From positions 10,949 through 74,948 of the forward strand of contig CAZWAK010000010.1 of the NCBI GenBank assembly GCA_964631865.1: DNA of 64,000 nucleotides, given 5' to 3'. Shown piece by piece: positions 9,853 through 19,687 of the stretch. The translations under genes were made by a program, and so were the position numbers. The notes below the pieces were generated by a model. That model saw nothing but the letters and a program-made list of their open reading frames with translations. It was not told where the DNA came from and ran no database searches. This DNA is from an uncultured Heliobacteriaceae bacterium (GTDB lineage: Bacteria > Acidobacteriota > Blastocatellia > RBC074). Within the stretch, counting starts at the first letter, position 1; each line of letters opens with the position of its first letter.

Positions 9853-10758
9853 ATGAAACAGAAAATTACGATTTGTTTGGTTTTGCTCATCAGTTTGACG
9901 ATGCCTGCGAGCGTGCGCGGCTGGGGCGATCACGGCCACGAAATTTCCGGCCTGGCCGCCGCCTTGAAAGTGCCGACCGAAATGCCCGGCTTTTTCCTTC
10001 AGGCATCAAGGCAATTGAGTTATTTGAATCCTGAGCCGGATCGTTGGCGCGAGCGTGCGGAAGCTGATCTCGACCCGGCGGTCAAATCGTTTTCGCCCGA
10101 TCATTACGTGGACATGGAATTCGTGCCCGAAGGCGCGTTGACGACTGCGCCGGATCGTTATGCGTTCATCGAAGCGCTCGTCAAAACCGGACGCAAACCG
10201 GCGGAAGCGGGCTTTCTGCCGTATCGCATCCTCGAATTGTTCCAACGCCTGCGCATGGAGTTTCGCTTGTGGCGGGCAACGACAGAGCCGATCAAACGCG
10301 CGCTCATTGAGCATCGCATCATCAACGATGCTGGGATTCTGGGGCATTACGTGACCGACGGCGCGAACCCGCATCACACGACGATGCACCACAACGGCTG
10401 GGTCGGCGACAATCCGAAAGGCTACAGCACGGACAACACCATTCACTATCGCTTCGAAAACGTCTACGTCCGCACGCACATTCAGGTGAACGATTTGCTG
10501 CCGCTGGTCGGCGCGGCGCGCGTGATTACGAAGCCGCGCGAAGACGTCCTCGCGTATTTGCAAACCTCGAAGTCGCAGCTCGAAACGCTCTATGAACTCG
10601 AAAAGAAAGAAGGCTTCGGCGAGTTGACCAAATCCGACGAGCACAAGAAATTTGTGCAAGCGCGGTTGGCCGCAGGCGCGCAAATGCTGCGCGATTTGTG
10701 GTGGACGGCGTGGGTCACGAGCGAAGCGAAACCCGAAGTCAAACCCGCAACGAATTGA
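9853..10758 (+). CDS. secreted S1/P1 nuclease-like / zinc-dependent phospholipase C superfamily protein
   Basis: After signal peptide the mature N-terminus WGDHGHEISGLAAA matches the WGxxGH start of S1/P1 nucleases; later HYVTDGANPHHTTMHHNGW His-rich metal site; annotated ORF start (9793) lies inside heptamer repeat so start moved to 9853. Confidence 0.5.
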   Translation: MKQKITICLVLLISLTMPASVRGWGDHGHEISGLAAALKVPTEMPGFFLQASRQLSYLNPEPDRWRERAEADLDPAVKSFSPDHYVDMEFVPEGALTTAPDRYAFIEALVKTGRKPAEAGFLPYRILELFQRLRMEFRLWRATTEPIKRALIEHRIINDAGILGHYVTDGANPHHTTMHHNGWVGDNPKGYSTDNTIHYRFENVYVRTHIQVNDLLPLVGAARVITKPREDVLAYLQTSKSQLETLYELEKKEGFGELTKSDEHKKFVQARLAAGAQMLRDLWWTAWVTSEAKPEVKPATN

Positions 10759-11011
10759 GCCGCGACGCTCGTGACCCGAAGAATTCGATTTGCGTTGTAA
10801 AATTTGTGGTGGCGCAAAAACGGAAAAGGCTGACCAAGTCCCCAACGATTACACGCGAAAAAAATGTGTACTCAAACCCGGTCAGCCTTCACAAGCGAGA
10901 CTGCTCTGATCAAACTCCGCGCTATCCAAATAGGGGTTCAACCAAAGCAGCCTCGTTCGCTGCTCTGCGAAGCACTTTCCCATTGAGATATGCAGGGAAT
11001 GTCACGGAAAC

Positions 11012-11638
11012 GTGGAGATTGCGTGGCTGCTGAAAAAGCCGCTGAAAAATATGCGTATTGCCAAAATCATCAAATCCAATTCGCACGTAGACTACGCCGC
11101 CCGCGTGCTCGATTCGCTCGAAACGCCGGAGCCGCCCACACCGGCTGCGTACTGCTTCGGACAATTCGTCAAAGTCGTGACCGAACGCGGCGAAGCTGTC
11201 GGCGTGATTTACAACTCGCTGCTCATCAATCCCGAATACGGCAACTACGGCCCGCGCCTTTCGACGCCACCCGAACTCAACTCGGTCTTCAGCCCCGATT
11301 ACTTGAATGAACAAGGCGTGCTGATCGGCATTTTGTTGTTGGGCTGGAAATTCGGGGACGGCTATCAGCACGGCATCCCGCGCGAAGTCGTGCCGATCAA
11401 TGCCAACGTCGAACAGATGACCGCCGAAGAAATTCGCGCGTTCCATCACACGGCGGACGGCGCAGTCGAAGTGCATTACTACACGCACGTCACCACCCAC
11501 GCGGGCAACTTTGCGTTTGCCTTGCTGACCGAAATTGCCAATCAATTGGAGAGCTTAACGACGGAAAGCGAACGCGCGCGATTGAGCGTGTTGCGCCGCA
11601 CGTTGGCGTGGCAACAGACGATGGGGAAGTTGCGCTAA
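11012..11638 (+). CDS. conserved hypothetical protein (alt start MRIAKII at 11051)
   Basis: Clean 208-aa ORF with good codon usage, no overlapping strong ORF; no motif recognised. Confidence 0.5.
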   Translation: MEIAWLLKKPLKNMRIAKIIKSNSHVDYAARVLDSLETPEPPTPAAYCFGQFVKVVTERGEAVGVIYNSLLINPEYGNYGPRLSTPPELNSVFSPDYLNEQGVLIGILLLGWKFGDGYQHGIPREVVPINANVEQMTAEEIRAFHHTADGAVEVHYYTHVTTHAGNFAFALLTEIANQLESLTTESERARLSVLRRTLAWQQTMGKLR

Positions 11639-11639
11639 A

Positions 11640-13019
11640 TCAATTCGTGAGCTTGAAATTGTCCAGCCAGATTTTGCCGCGAATCGGACACGGCGGTTCT
11701 CCGCAAGCCGGACGCAGCACGCGCACCATCACGGCTTCAGTGGTGGCGGTTGTGGTGAAATCAATCGTGTAGTCTTGCCACGTGCTGGTGCCGAGCGGGA
11801 ACGGCTTGGTCGTTGCGCGCAGGCGTTGAATGTTGGCGGGGTCGTACACTTCGACGAGCGGCGCGCTCAAGGTCGTCAATTCTTCGATCTTCACCGCGAA
11901 ACTCAGCCGATACGCGCTCGAAGGTTTGAGCGGGATCAATTGCTCGATGACGACAAAACCGACATTGCCCGTAACGTCGAAATTCAACTGCAAACTGTAT
12001 GCGCCGCTTTTGTGCTGTTGATTGTTGCGCGACACCGATAAGCCTTTGGTCGTGGTGAGCCGCCAAATATTAAAGGGCGCGGTTGTCCCGATTTTCAAAT
12101 CCTGCTCAAAATCGCCGTTGCTGAGCAGGGAACTGGCGTCAGGCACGTTGACTTCATACCATTGAGCTTCTTCCTGCCGCGCTTCTTCCGTGAGATTGGC
12201 TTCGTCGCTGCGCTTGGTTTTGGCCGCCGTCTGCCAGATTGCATACGCCGCGCCGAAATGTTGTTTGTTGAGCAGCGTATTGATGAAATCGCGCGAGCGG
12301 AGACGCGCCAATGCCGGAGCACTGTTGCTCAATTCCTGCCACATCGCCATTCCGTCATTGAACTTGTCACGCTGAATCAGATACGCGGCGAAACTGGCCT
12401 TGGCATGCGCGGACGGGTCTAAGGCTTTCAGGATGCTTGGCACATCGCCGTTGAAGGCGTTCCAGGCGTAATCAAACAACAAGGGCAACTCACTCGGGCG
12501 AATGGCGAGCGCGCGTTTGAACTCCGCGAAGGCCGCAGCGGGTTCGTTGTTGCGCAGCAGAAAATTGGCCATCGCCCAATGCGGTTCGTAATAATTCGGC
12601 GCGAGCGCCAGCGCTTGCGTCAATGCTTTTTTCGCTTCGGCGGCTTCGCCGTGCCGATCCAACGCTTGGCCCAGTTCCACCCAGGGGCGAAAATCTTCCG
12701 GGCTGAGTTGGGCGGCTGTGCGAAAGGCCGCGATGGCGGTTTGCAACCTGGTCTCTGCTTCCTCTCCGCTCGCGAAGGCTAAATAGGTCTGACCGCGTCG
12801 GTACTGAAGCAACGGCACGCCGGGTGCGAGTTGCACCGCGGCATCGGTCGTCGCCAGTTTGGTGGCTGTGTCATATTCATTGTTCTGGTTGGCAACGGCC
12901 AGCAACCGGTCGCCTAAAGCAGGGCGGATAATGAGCCAGCCTGCGAGGAGCAGGACGACCATCAGTCCAGCCAGGAACAGGAGACGAGGCAGCGGAGAAG
13001 CAAGCGTAATTTCAGTCAT
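11640..13019 (-). CDS. membrane-anchored tetratricopeptide-repeat (TPR) protein with C-terminal beta-rich (possibly carbohydrate-binding) domain
   Basis: N-terminal TM helix LLFLAGLMVVLLLAGWLII; multiple A-rich helical TPR-like repeats (e.g. AAYAIWQ, AEAKKALTQALALAPNYYEPHWAMANFLL). Confidence 0.7.
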   Translation of the reverse strand: MTEITLASPLPRLLFLAGLMVVLLLAGWLIIRPALGDRLLAVANQNNEYDTATKLATTDAAVQLAPGVPLLQYRRGQTYLAFASGEEAETRLQTAIAAFRTAAQLSPEDFRPWVELGQALDRHGEAAEAKKALTQALALAPNYYEPHWAMANFLLRNNEPAAAFAEFKRALAIRPSELPLLFDYAWNAFNGDVPSILKALDPSAHAKASFAAYLIQRDKFNDGMAMWQELSNSAPALARLRSRDFINTLLNKQHFGAAYAIWQTAAKTKRSDEANLTEEARQEEAQWYEVNVPDASSLLSNGDFEQDLKIGTTAPFNIWRLTTTKGLSVSRNNQQHKSGAYSLQLNFDVTGNVGFVVIEQLIPLKPSSAYRLSFAVKIEELTTLSAPLVEVYDPANIQRLRATTKPFPLGTSTWQDYTIDFTTTATTEAVMVRVLRPACGEPPCPIRGKIWLDNFKLTN

Positions 13020-13572
13020 TTTGGATGGAGTCCAGCGTCAGGGGCAGCCAATCGAAATCGCTAAGATAAAGCAACCTGACGGGTTCGACAAGGCGGCGAA
13101 AAAAGAATTGACAGATTTTGTAACATCGGACATACTCTGCCTCGCTTTTGATCTGGTTTTTTCTGCTGTTACGCAACGCAAATATTGATTGAGTCCCCAT
13201 TAGGTTATCGTTGACATCATGTAAATGGCTTGTTTTCTGCTGGTTTTTCGTCTGTAAAACCGTGGGAGTTTGAGCAGCAAACAAACAGCAATTTGAGGAC
13301 CCCGTCTTTGCCTCCAGGATTGCTATTGGAATATCCCCACTGCTTGGCTTCTGCTTGTAAGATCCATCAAACTTCCAACTAGGTTACTCCGCTTCCAGGT
13401 GATTGTATTGACGCTTTAGGAATTTGAGCTTTAAGAGTTATTAGCCCCCCACCTCACAATCTCGTCTATCATGCCAAATGCCTTTCTTCGGGCTAACCAA
13501 TTCTTAAAGCAAAGCGACGGATGGTACAAGCGAATCAGGATTCAGCCTAATCGGTTTTGGGAGGTTCAGCAA

Positions 13573-14625
13573 ATGTGGTATAGCCCCAAATCAATGATGC
13601 GAATATTTTTACTCTTGAGTCTTGCGCTCTTCTCTTCAATTCTTGTCCTGGCACAGCCCGGCATTACTACGCCTCAAGCGCAATCCTCCAACGCCGTTGT
13701 CGCCGAAAATCGAGAGGTGGCTCGTGTCGCAACGCCATCGAAAGACGACAAAAGTTATCGCATAGGCGTGGGCGATTTGCTGGATGTGCGGGTGCTGAAT
13801 CACCCCGAAATGAGCCGCAAAATCCGGGTGGAAGGCGATGGCTCGGTGCGCGTGCCGATGGTGGGCAATGTGACCGCGATCTGTCTGACGGAATCACAAT
13901 TGAGCCAAATCATCACCGAGAAATTCCGCAAGTGGATTCGCGAGCCATACGTGGATGTGTTCATTGAAGAATACAGCAGCCAGCCCGTCGCCGTGATTGG
14001 CGCGGTAGACAAACCCGGACGGTTTCAGTTGCAACGGCGCGTGCGCTTGATTGAATTGCTGACTTACGCAGGCGGCCCAAAAACAGATAAGGCCGGACAC
14101 ACCTTGCATTTGATTCGCAGTGGCGAAAAAGATTTGTGCTTGACCGACAGCCTGTCGCCCGCATCGGCTGTCACGGAAGAACCTGTGCCGCAACTGCTGT
14201 CGTTTAAGTTGAAAGACCTGTTGACGGGGTCAGCAGAAGCCAATCTGTACGTGCAGCCGGGCGACATCATCAGCTTGCCGGAAGCCGATCAAATTTTTGT
14301 CACAGGGTTTGTTCCCAAGCCCGGTCCTTTTCCGCTCAATACCAAAATTACGTTGACCCAGGCGATTGGCATGGCGGGCGGTTATATGCCGGAAGCGTCG
14401 AAGAAAAAAGTCCGACTGATTCGGCAAACGGCGAACTCTAACGCGCGCGTGGAGCAGATCATCAACATCGAAGACATTGAGAAACGCAAGATGGATGACA
14501 TTGTTCTACAGGCCAATGATTTGATTGAGGTTCCCAATTCTGCGGGCAAGGTTTTGGTCCGCGCGCTCTTAAATGCTGCGCCGAGCGGGTTAACCAATTC
14601 GTTGCCCATCGCCATTATTCGCTAG
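13573..14625 (+). CDS. wza: polysaccharide export outer-membrane protein, Wza/GumB family (Poly_export + SLBB domains)
   Basis: YRIGVGDLLDVRVLNHPEMS...GDGSVRVPMVGNV...LTESQL...I is the Poly_export (PES) motif; two SLBB-like repeats follow; signal peptide MMRIFLLLSLALFSSILVLAQ; start moved from 13471 to M at 13573 (uncertain). Confidence 0.85.
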   Translation: MWYSPKSMMRIFLLLSLALFSSILVLAQPGITTPQAQSSNAVVAENREVARVATPSKDDKSYRIGVGDLLDVRVLNHPEMSRKIRVEGDGSVRVPMVGNVTAICLTESQLSQIITEKFRKWIREPYVDVFIEEYSSQPVAVIGAVDKPGRFQLQRRVRLIELLTYAGGPKTDKAGHTLHLIRSGEKDLCLTDSLSPASAVTEEPVPQLLSFKLKDLLTGSAEANLYVQPGDIISLPEADQIFVTGFVPKPGPFPLNTKITLTQAIGMAGGYMPEASKKKVRLIRQTANSNARVEQIINIEDIEKRKMDDIVLQANDLIEVPNSAGKVLVRALLNAAPSGLTNSLPIAIIR

Positions 14626-14660
14626 AAATATACTGAAAGCCCGTATTTTAAGGCTCAATT

Positions 14661-17018
14661 ATGACAGACGCCGATAAACTTAATCCCTCACCTAACAACG
14701 GCAGTGAGAACAATAAGCTGATGGAATCCATTGGCGCGGCGAATTCGCTGGATGTACGTCGCGATGGCTATCCTCGCAGCTATGGCGTGCAGCCTAACGA
14801 TACGCAAGTACATTTGCGCGATTACTGGCGCATTGTGCGGCGGCGCCTGTGGGTGCCGATTTCGGTCGTATTGCTGACCGTGACGTTGGTGACGATTTAC
14901 ATGCTGCGCAGCCCTTCGATTTTTGAAGGCCAGACGACGATTCAAATTGATCGCGAAGACACGGCGAGCCTGGATGTGAATTCCAAAGAGTTCAAAATCC
15001 TGGGGCCGGAAGATACGCAATACATCAACACCCAACTCAAAAATATCCAAAGCCCGACGACGGCGTACAAAGTCGCCAAAGTTCTCGACCTGGAACACAA
15101 TCCCAAATTCGTTCCCAAAGGCGGACGGGACGCGGTCAAAAACGAGGTGTTGGTGACAAGTGGCGGCGATGAACAACAGGCGGAGCGCAATCGGTTGGAG
15201 CCGTATGTCGAGGCGCTGTTGGAAAAAATCGAAATCACCCGCCTCCGCGACACCCGCTTGCTTCAGGTCAAATATCGTCACGCGGATCGAGAACTCGCCA
15301 AGAAGATCACCGACACCTGGGCCGAAGTGTTCCGCGACGAAAATCTGACGACGCGCAAACAGGGCAATCGGGATACGGCTTCGTTTTTGGAGGAGCAAAT
15401 TTCCAAAGCCAAATTGGATTTGATCGGCAGCGAAGAGAAGTTGATGAATTACCGCCGCAGCAAGCAGGTGATTGACTTCGGCGAATCAGAGAAAAACACC
15501 GTCATTAACCGTCTGGATCAACTGAACTCGCAACTGCTGCAAGCCGAGAATGAACGCAAAACCTTGCAGGCGTTTTATGATTTGAGCCGCACGATTTCTG
15601 ACATCGGCACGTTGCCGGAAATTCAAAAAGACCCACAGGTGCAGGAAATCAACAAAAAGCTCACCGAGTTGAAAGAACAAAAGGTCAAGCTGGAAGTGGA
15701 GTACACGCCCGAATGGCCGGCCGTCAAACAAGCGACCCAACAGATTGAAGAATTGGAAAGCCAAAAACGCGCCGCGTACAAACGCATTCAGACGGCGCTC
15801 GAAAATCAATATCGCGCCGCCGAAGAACGCGAAAAATTCCTGCGTAAGGCCTTTGACGAACAGCGCGGCGAAACCGTAGACCAACAAAGCCTGGCCGTCA
15901 ACGCGCGTATGTTGCAACAGGCCGTAGACACGAACCGCGATCTGTACAACAAATTGCTCACCAGCCAAAAAGACGTCACCGTGTCCAGCGCCGGTATCAA
16001 GAGCAATATTCGCATCACGGATTATTCCGCCCTGCCGCGCATTCCTGTCGCGCCCAAACGCTTGCAAAACATTCTGCTCAGTTTGCTGTTGTCGTTGGTC
16101 GGCGGCGTCGGCTTGGCGTTATTTATTGATTACGTCAACAACAAAATTGACTCCGTCGAAGACATTGACCGCTATTTGTCCGTGCCAGTATTGGGCGTAA
16201 TTCCGATCTTTCCCATTGAAGGCAAAGAACGCAATCGCGTGATTGGGGACACCGGTTCCAAAAAGCATTTGAACGGTGTACCCAGCACAGTGGCCATGAA
16301 ACCCAGCGCGACGACCGCGTTGGTGGAAGTGGAAAATTCGTCGTCCATTGCCGAAAGCTATCGGCAATTGCGCACCGCCGTGTTGTTGTCCTCCGCTTCG
16401 CACGCGCCGCGCACCATCCTGGTCACGAGCAGTCAGCCCGCCGAAGGCAAAACCACGACGAGCACGAATCTGGCGATTTCGCTATCGCAGACGGGCGCGT
16501 CTGTGTTGATCGTAGATTGCGATTTGCGGCGTCCGCGCTTGCACAAAGTGTTTGGCGTCAAGAATTCGCGCGGCTTGTCGAATTACTTGTCCGGTACGGG
16601 CGAGTTGGCTTCGCTCGTGCAACCGGCGTTGCCAAATTTGTTTGTGTTGCCGGTCGGGCCGTTGCCGCCGAACCCGGCAGAATTGCTCGGCTCCAACCGG
16701 ATGAAACAAACGATTGATTTGTTGCAGGGCAGCTTTGATTACGTGGTGTTGGACTCGCCGCCGGTCGCTTCGTTTGCTGACAGCTTGATTTTGTCGGCGA
16801 TGGTCGAAGGTGTGATTCTGGTGGTCAAAGCGGGCTTCACTTCGCGCGAAGTCGCAAATCGTACGAAGACCCATTTGCAAACTGTCGGTGCCAAAGTGCT
16901 GGGCGCAGTCATCAATCACATCAAGCTGCAACCGCACGATTACTATTACTATTCGACATATTACAGCCGTTATTACTATCGAGACGAATCCTCCGAATCG
17001 AGCGAGGAGAAAGTATAA
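14661..17018 (+). CDS. wzc: Wzc-like polysaccharide co-polymerase with C-terminal bacterial tyrosine (BY) kinase domain and Tyr-rich tail
   Basis: Wzz-type N-domain with TM, long coiled-coil; kinase Walker A SSQPAEGKTTTSTNLA, A' VDCDLRRP, Walker B VVLDSPP; tail YYYYSTYYSRYYYRDESS. Confidence 0.9.
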   Translation: MTDADKLNPSPNNGSENNKLMESIGAANSLDVRRDGYPRSYGVQPNDTQVHLRDYWRIVRRRLWVPISVVLLTVTLVTIYMLRSPSIFEGQTTIQIDREDTASLDVNSKEFKILGPEDTQYINTQLKNIQSPTTAYKVAKVLDLEHNPKFVPKGGRDAVKNEVLVTSGGDEQQAERNRLEPYVEALLEKIEITRLRDTRLLQVKYRHADRELAKKITDTWAEVFRDENLTTRKQGNRDTASFLEEQISKAKLDLIGSEEKLMNYRRSKQVIDFGESEKNTVINRLDQLNSQLLQAENERKTLQAFYDLSRTISDIGTLPEIQKDPQVQEINKKLTELKEQKVKLEVEYTPEWPAVKQATQQIEELESQKRAAYKRIQTALENQYRAAEEREKFLRKAFDEQRGETVDQQSLAVNARMLQQAVDTNRDLYNKLLTSQKDVTVSSAGIKSNIRITDYSALPRIPVAPKRLQNILLSLLLSLVGGVGLALFIDYVNNKIDSVEDIDRYLSVPVLGVIPIFPIEGKERNRVIGDTGSKKHLNGVPSTVAMKPSATTALVEVENSSSIAESYRQLRTAVLLSSASHAPRTILVTSSQPAEGKTTTSTNLAISLSQTGASVLIVDCDLRRPRLHKVFGVKNSRGLSNYLSGTGELASLVQPALPNLFVLPVGPLPPNPAELLGSNRMKQTIDLLQGSFDYVVLDSPPVASFADSLILSAMVEGVILVVKAGFTSREVANRTKTHLQTVGAKVLGAVINHIKLQPHDYYYYSTYYSRYYYRDESSESSEEKV

Positions 17019-17033
17019 AGATTGATATTTTTT

Positions 17034-17166
17034 GCCACGAATTCCACGAATGGTCACGAATGAAGCAATGCTGAGATTCAGACCTGAATGGTACAAGGCA
17101 CGTGAAAGAAATGGAGCACTCTATCCCCATAGAGAACCTTTCGTGAAAATTCGTGGAATTCGTGGC
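17034..17166. repeat. MITE-like element (family A) with terminal inverted repeats GCCACGAATTCCACGAAT ... ATTCGTGGAATTCGTGGC
   Basis: Both TIRs read directly in sequence immediately after wzc stop. Confidence 0.8.
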
Positions 17167-17300
17167 AAGTCCTGAAAGTTAGGTCTTTCTTTGTCGGCTC
17201 TCGACACCCCCCCAGAACCACTAAGAGCCGACGATGATGCTGCCTCGGCATGAGGTTTCCGTAAAGGCTGAAATTCGTGTGGCGTAGTGTGTTTGTTTTT

Positions 17301-17726
17301 GCCACGAATTACACGAATGGTCACGAATTATTTGGTTGGGATGAGAAACGGTTTGTTTCTCTGTGAAGGTTGAAGCTGCTGTGAGACTATTGAATACTCT
17401 CCCTCCTGAACAAACGTAATTCGTGAGAATTCATGTGATTGGCCACGAATTACACGAATGGTCACGAATTATTTGGTTGGGATTAAGAAGCGGTTTGTTT
17501 CTCTGTGAAGGTTGAAGCTGCTGTGAGACTATTGAATACTCTCCCTTCCTAACAAACCTAATTCGTGAGAATTCATGTGATTGGCCACGAATTACACGAA
17601 TGGTCATGAATTGTAGTTTGGGAAAGGACGCAATAGTTTCTCTGGGCGGTTGAAGTTGGTGTGAGAATATTGAATACTCCCCCTCCTGAACAAACGTAAT
17701 TCGTGACCATTCGTGTAATTCGTGGC
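17301..17726. repeat. three head-to-tail tandem copies (~143 bp each) of a MITE-like element variant (GCCACGAATTACACGAATGGTCACGAAT ...)
   Basis: Units 17301-17443, 17442-17585, 17584-17726 nearly identical; last unit ends ATTCGTGTAATTCGTGGC 9 bp before the ATG of the next gene. Confidence 0.85.
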
Positions 17727-17734
17727 AAAATTCA

Positions 17735-18835
17735 ATGCACATTCCATTACTTGATCTGCACGCGCAACTTGCGCCGCTTCGAGACGCAATCAACGCCGCG
17801 ATTCAGCGTGTTTTGGATTCCGGCGTGTTTATTTTGGGGCCGGAAGTCGAAGCCCTTGAGAAAGAAATCGCCGCGTATTCCCAATGCCAGTTCGGCGTCG
17901 GCGTCACATCGGGCACGGATGCGTTACTGGTCGCCTTGATGGCGATAGACATTGAGCCAGGCGATGAAGTTATCACCACGCCATTTAGTTTTTTTGCCAC
18001 CGCTGGTTCTATTGCGCGCTTACAGGCCAAACCCGTTTTCGTAGACATCGAACCTGACAGCTTCAATCTCGATCCCACCCAAATCGAAGCTGCCATCACG
18101 CCCCGCACCAAAGCAATTCTGCCGGTTCATCTGTTCGGGCAAATGGCCGAAATGGAACCGATTATGGCGCTGGCCGAGAAGCACAAGCTTTATGTCATCG
18201 AAGACGCGGCACAAGCGATTGGCGCAGAATATAAAGGCCGTCGCGCCGGTTCCATCGGGCATTTTGGCTGTTTCAGTTTTTACCCATCAAAGAATTTAGG
18301 CTGTCCCGGCGATGGCGGGATGGTGACGACGAATGATGCAACATTGGCCGCGCGTGTCAAAGCCTTACGGAATCACGGTTCGACCACAAAGTATTATCAC
18401 CAGGAAGTTGGCGGCAACTTTCGCCTGGATGCGTTACAAGCTGCCATCCTGCGCGTCAAGCTGAAATACTTGGACGATTGGACAGCCGCGCGCCAACATA
18501 ACGCGGCAATCTATCGGCGCAACTGTACGACGAACGGCTCGCTTGTCTTGCCGGTTGAGCTTGAGCATCGTCGTCACGTTTACAATCAGTTTGTCGTTCG
18601 TTCACAACGACGAGACCTGCTCCTTGACAATTTGAAAGCGCAGCAGATTGGCTGCGAGATTTATTATCCCCTGCCGTTGCCTTTGCAGGAATGCTTTGCG
18701 GGTCTCGGCTATCGGGAAGGCGATTTCCCGATAGCCGAAGCCGCCGCGAATGAAGTTTTAGCGTTACCCATTTATCCTGAACTCACCGAAGAACAAATTC
18801 AGCAAGTTGTTTTAGCCACGAATTCCACGAATTAG
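17735..18835 (+). CDS. DegT/DnrJ/EryC1/StrS family PLP-dependent sugar aminotransferase
   Basis: Typical fold-I sugar aminotransferase N-terminus (IPLLDL...LGPEV..LEKEIA.Y) and length; last codons ATNSTN-stop are encoded by the MITE TIR. Confidence 0.9.
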   Translation: MHIPLLDLHAQLAPLRDAINAAIQRVLDSGVFILGPEVEALEKEIAAYSQCQFGVGVTSGTDALLVALMAIDIEPGDEVITTPFSFFATAGSIARLQAKPVFVDIEPDSFNLDPTQIEAAITPRTKAILPVHLFGQMAEMEPIMALAEKHKLYVIEDAAQAIGAEYKGRRAGSIGHFGCFSFYPSKNLGCPGDGGMVTTNDATLAARVKALRNHGSTTKYYHQEVGGNFRLDALQAAILRVKLKYLDDWTAARQHNAAIYRRNCTTNGSLVLPVELEHRRHVYNQFVVRSQRRDLLLDNLKAQQIGCEIYYPLPLPLQECFAGLGYREGDFPIAEAAANEVLALPIYPELTEEQIQQVVLATNSTN

Positions 18836-19273
18836 CACGAATTATTTTGGGGCTGAAAGGGGGAAATTGTTTTCAAAACCCAACTCGTTAAGGGCTATGA
18901 AATCCTTCTTCCCCTAATGCAATAAAATTCGTGAGAATTCGTGAAATTCGTGGCAAAAAGAATCAGCAAGTTGTTTTGGCCACGAATTCCACGAATTAGC
19001 ACGAATTTCTTTGGACTAAAGGAAGAGAGGTATTCGTCTCTCACCAAGTTACCTTGGGAAAGATTTGTTTACCTTCCCCGCCTCAAAATAATTCGTGAGA
19101 ATTCGTGAAATTCGTGGCAAAAAGGATCAGCAAGTTGTTTTGACCACGAATTAGCACGAATTTCTTTGAACTAGGGGAAGAGAGATATTTGTCTCTCACC
19201 AGTTTAATTGAGGAAAGATCAGTTTACTTTTCCCACCTCAAAACAATTCGTGTCAATTCGTGGAATTCGTGGC
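18815..19273. repeat. three tandem MITE-like copies, each unit carrying a duplicated ~20 bp of the aminotransferase 3' coding end (atcagcaagttgtttt)
   Basis: Copies 18815-18954, 18979-19118, 19142-19273; flanking 20-mer repeated at 18793, 18961 and 19126. Confidence 0.85.
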
Positions 19274-19296
19274 AAAAAAGAAAGGAATCGCCCCGT

Positions 19297-19680
19297 ATGA
19301 ATACCGAGAAAAGCAACCTGATTTACCCCGAACTCTCGTTCAAAATCGTCGGCTTGGCGATGGAAGTGCATCGGGTCTTGGGCTTTGGGTTTCTGGAAAA
19401 AGTCTATGAAAACGCGCTGATGGTGTTATGCGAACGCGATGGCATTCCCGCGCAGCAACAAGCCATAATAAAAGTACATTTTCTGGGGCACGTCGTCGGA
19501 GAATTTGTGGCTGACATGCTGATCGAAGGGAAGATCATCCTGGAATTGAAATCCTGCGAAAGCCTATCGAATGCTCATCGCGCCCAAACGCTCAATTATC
19601 TGAAGGCGACTGGCCTGAAATTGGCGATCCTGATCAACTTCGGCAAAAAGAGCCTGGAGTATGAGCGGATCGTGTTGTAG
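19297..19680 (+). CDS. GxxExxY family protein (TIGR04256-like, PD-(D/E)xK-fold)
   Basis: Motif GFGFLEKVYENAL (G-x-x-E-x-x-Y) near N-terminus, ~127 aa; annotated ORF start trimmed to ATG at 19297 outside the repeat. Confidence 0.7.
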   Translation: MNTEKSNLIYPELSFKIVGLAMEVHRVLGFGFLEKVYENALMVLCERDGIPAQQQAIIKVHFLGHVVGEFVADMLIEGKIILELKSCESLSNAHRAQTLNYLKATGLKLAILINFGKKSLEYERIVL

Positions 19681-19687
19681 GTTTCTG

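Noticed and set aside
10006-10845. 279-aa ORF antisense to S1/P1-like nuclease gene
   Set aside because: Arg/Ala-rich low-complexity, no motifs; the sense ORF has signal peptide and His-rich metal site
13020-13572. 550-bp non-coding gap upstream of wza examined for tRNA or sigma-54 promoter
   Set aside because: No cloverleaf-compatible sequence or GG-N10-GC element with correct spacing recognised by eye; cannot support a feature call
17431-17793. 120-aa ORF and other small ORFs (19893..20405, 20244..20705, 23812..24090) inside MITE arrays
   Set aside because: They are translations of repeat units (recurrent peptides such as HEFSRI, ATNSTN) and lack independent coding signal
17301-19273. Possibility that tandem repeat arrays are CRISPR arrays
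   Set aside because: Units are ~140 bp and directly abutted without unique spacers; the repeats have TIR structure and are dispersed singly elsewhere; no cas genes
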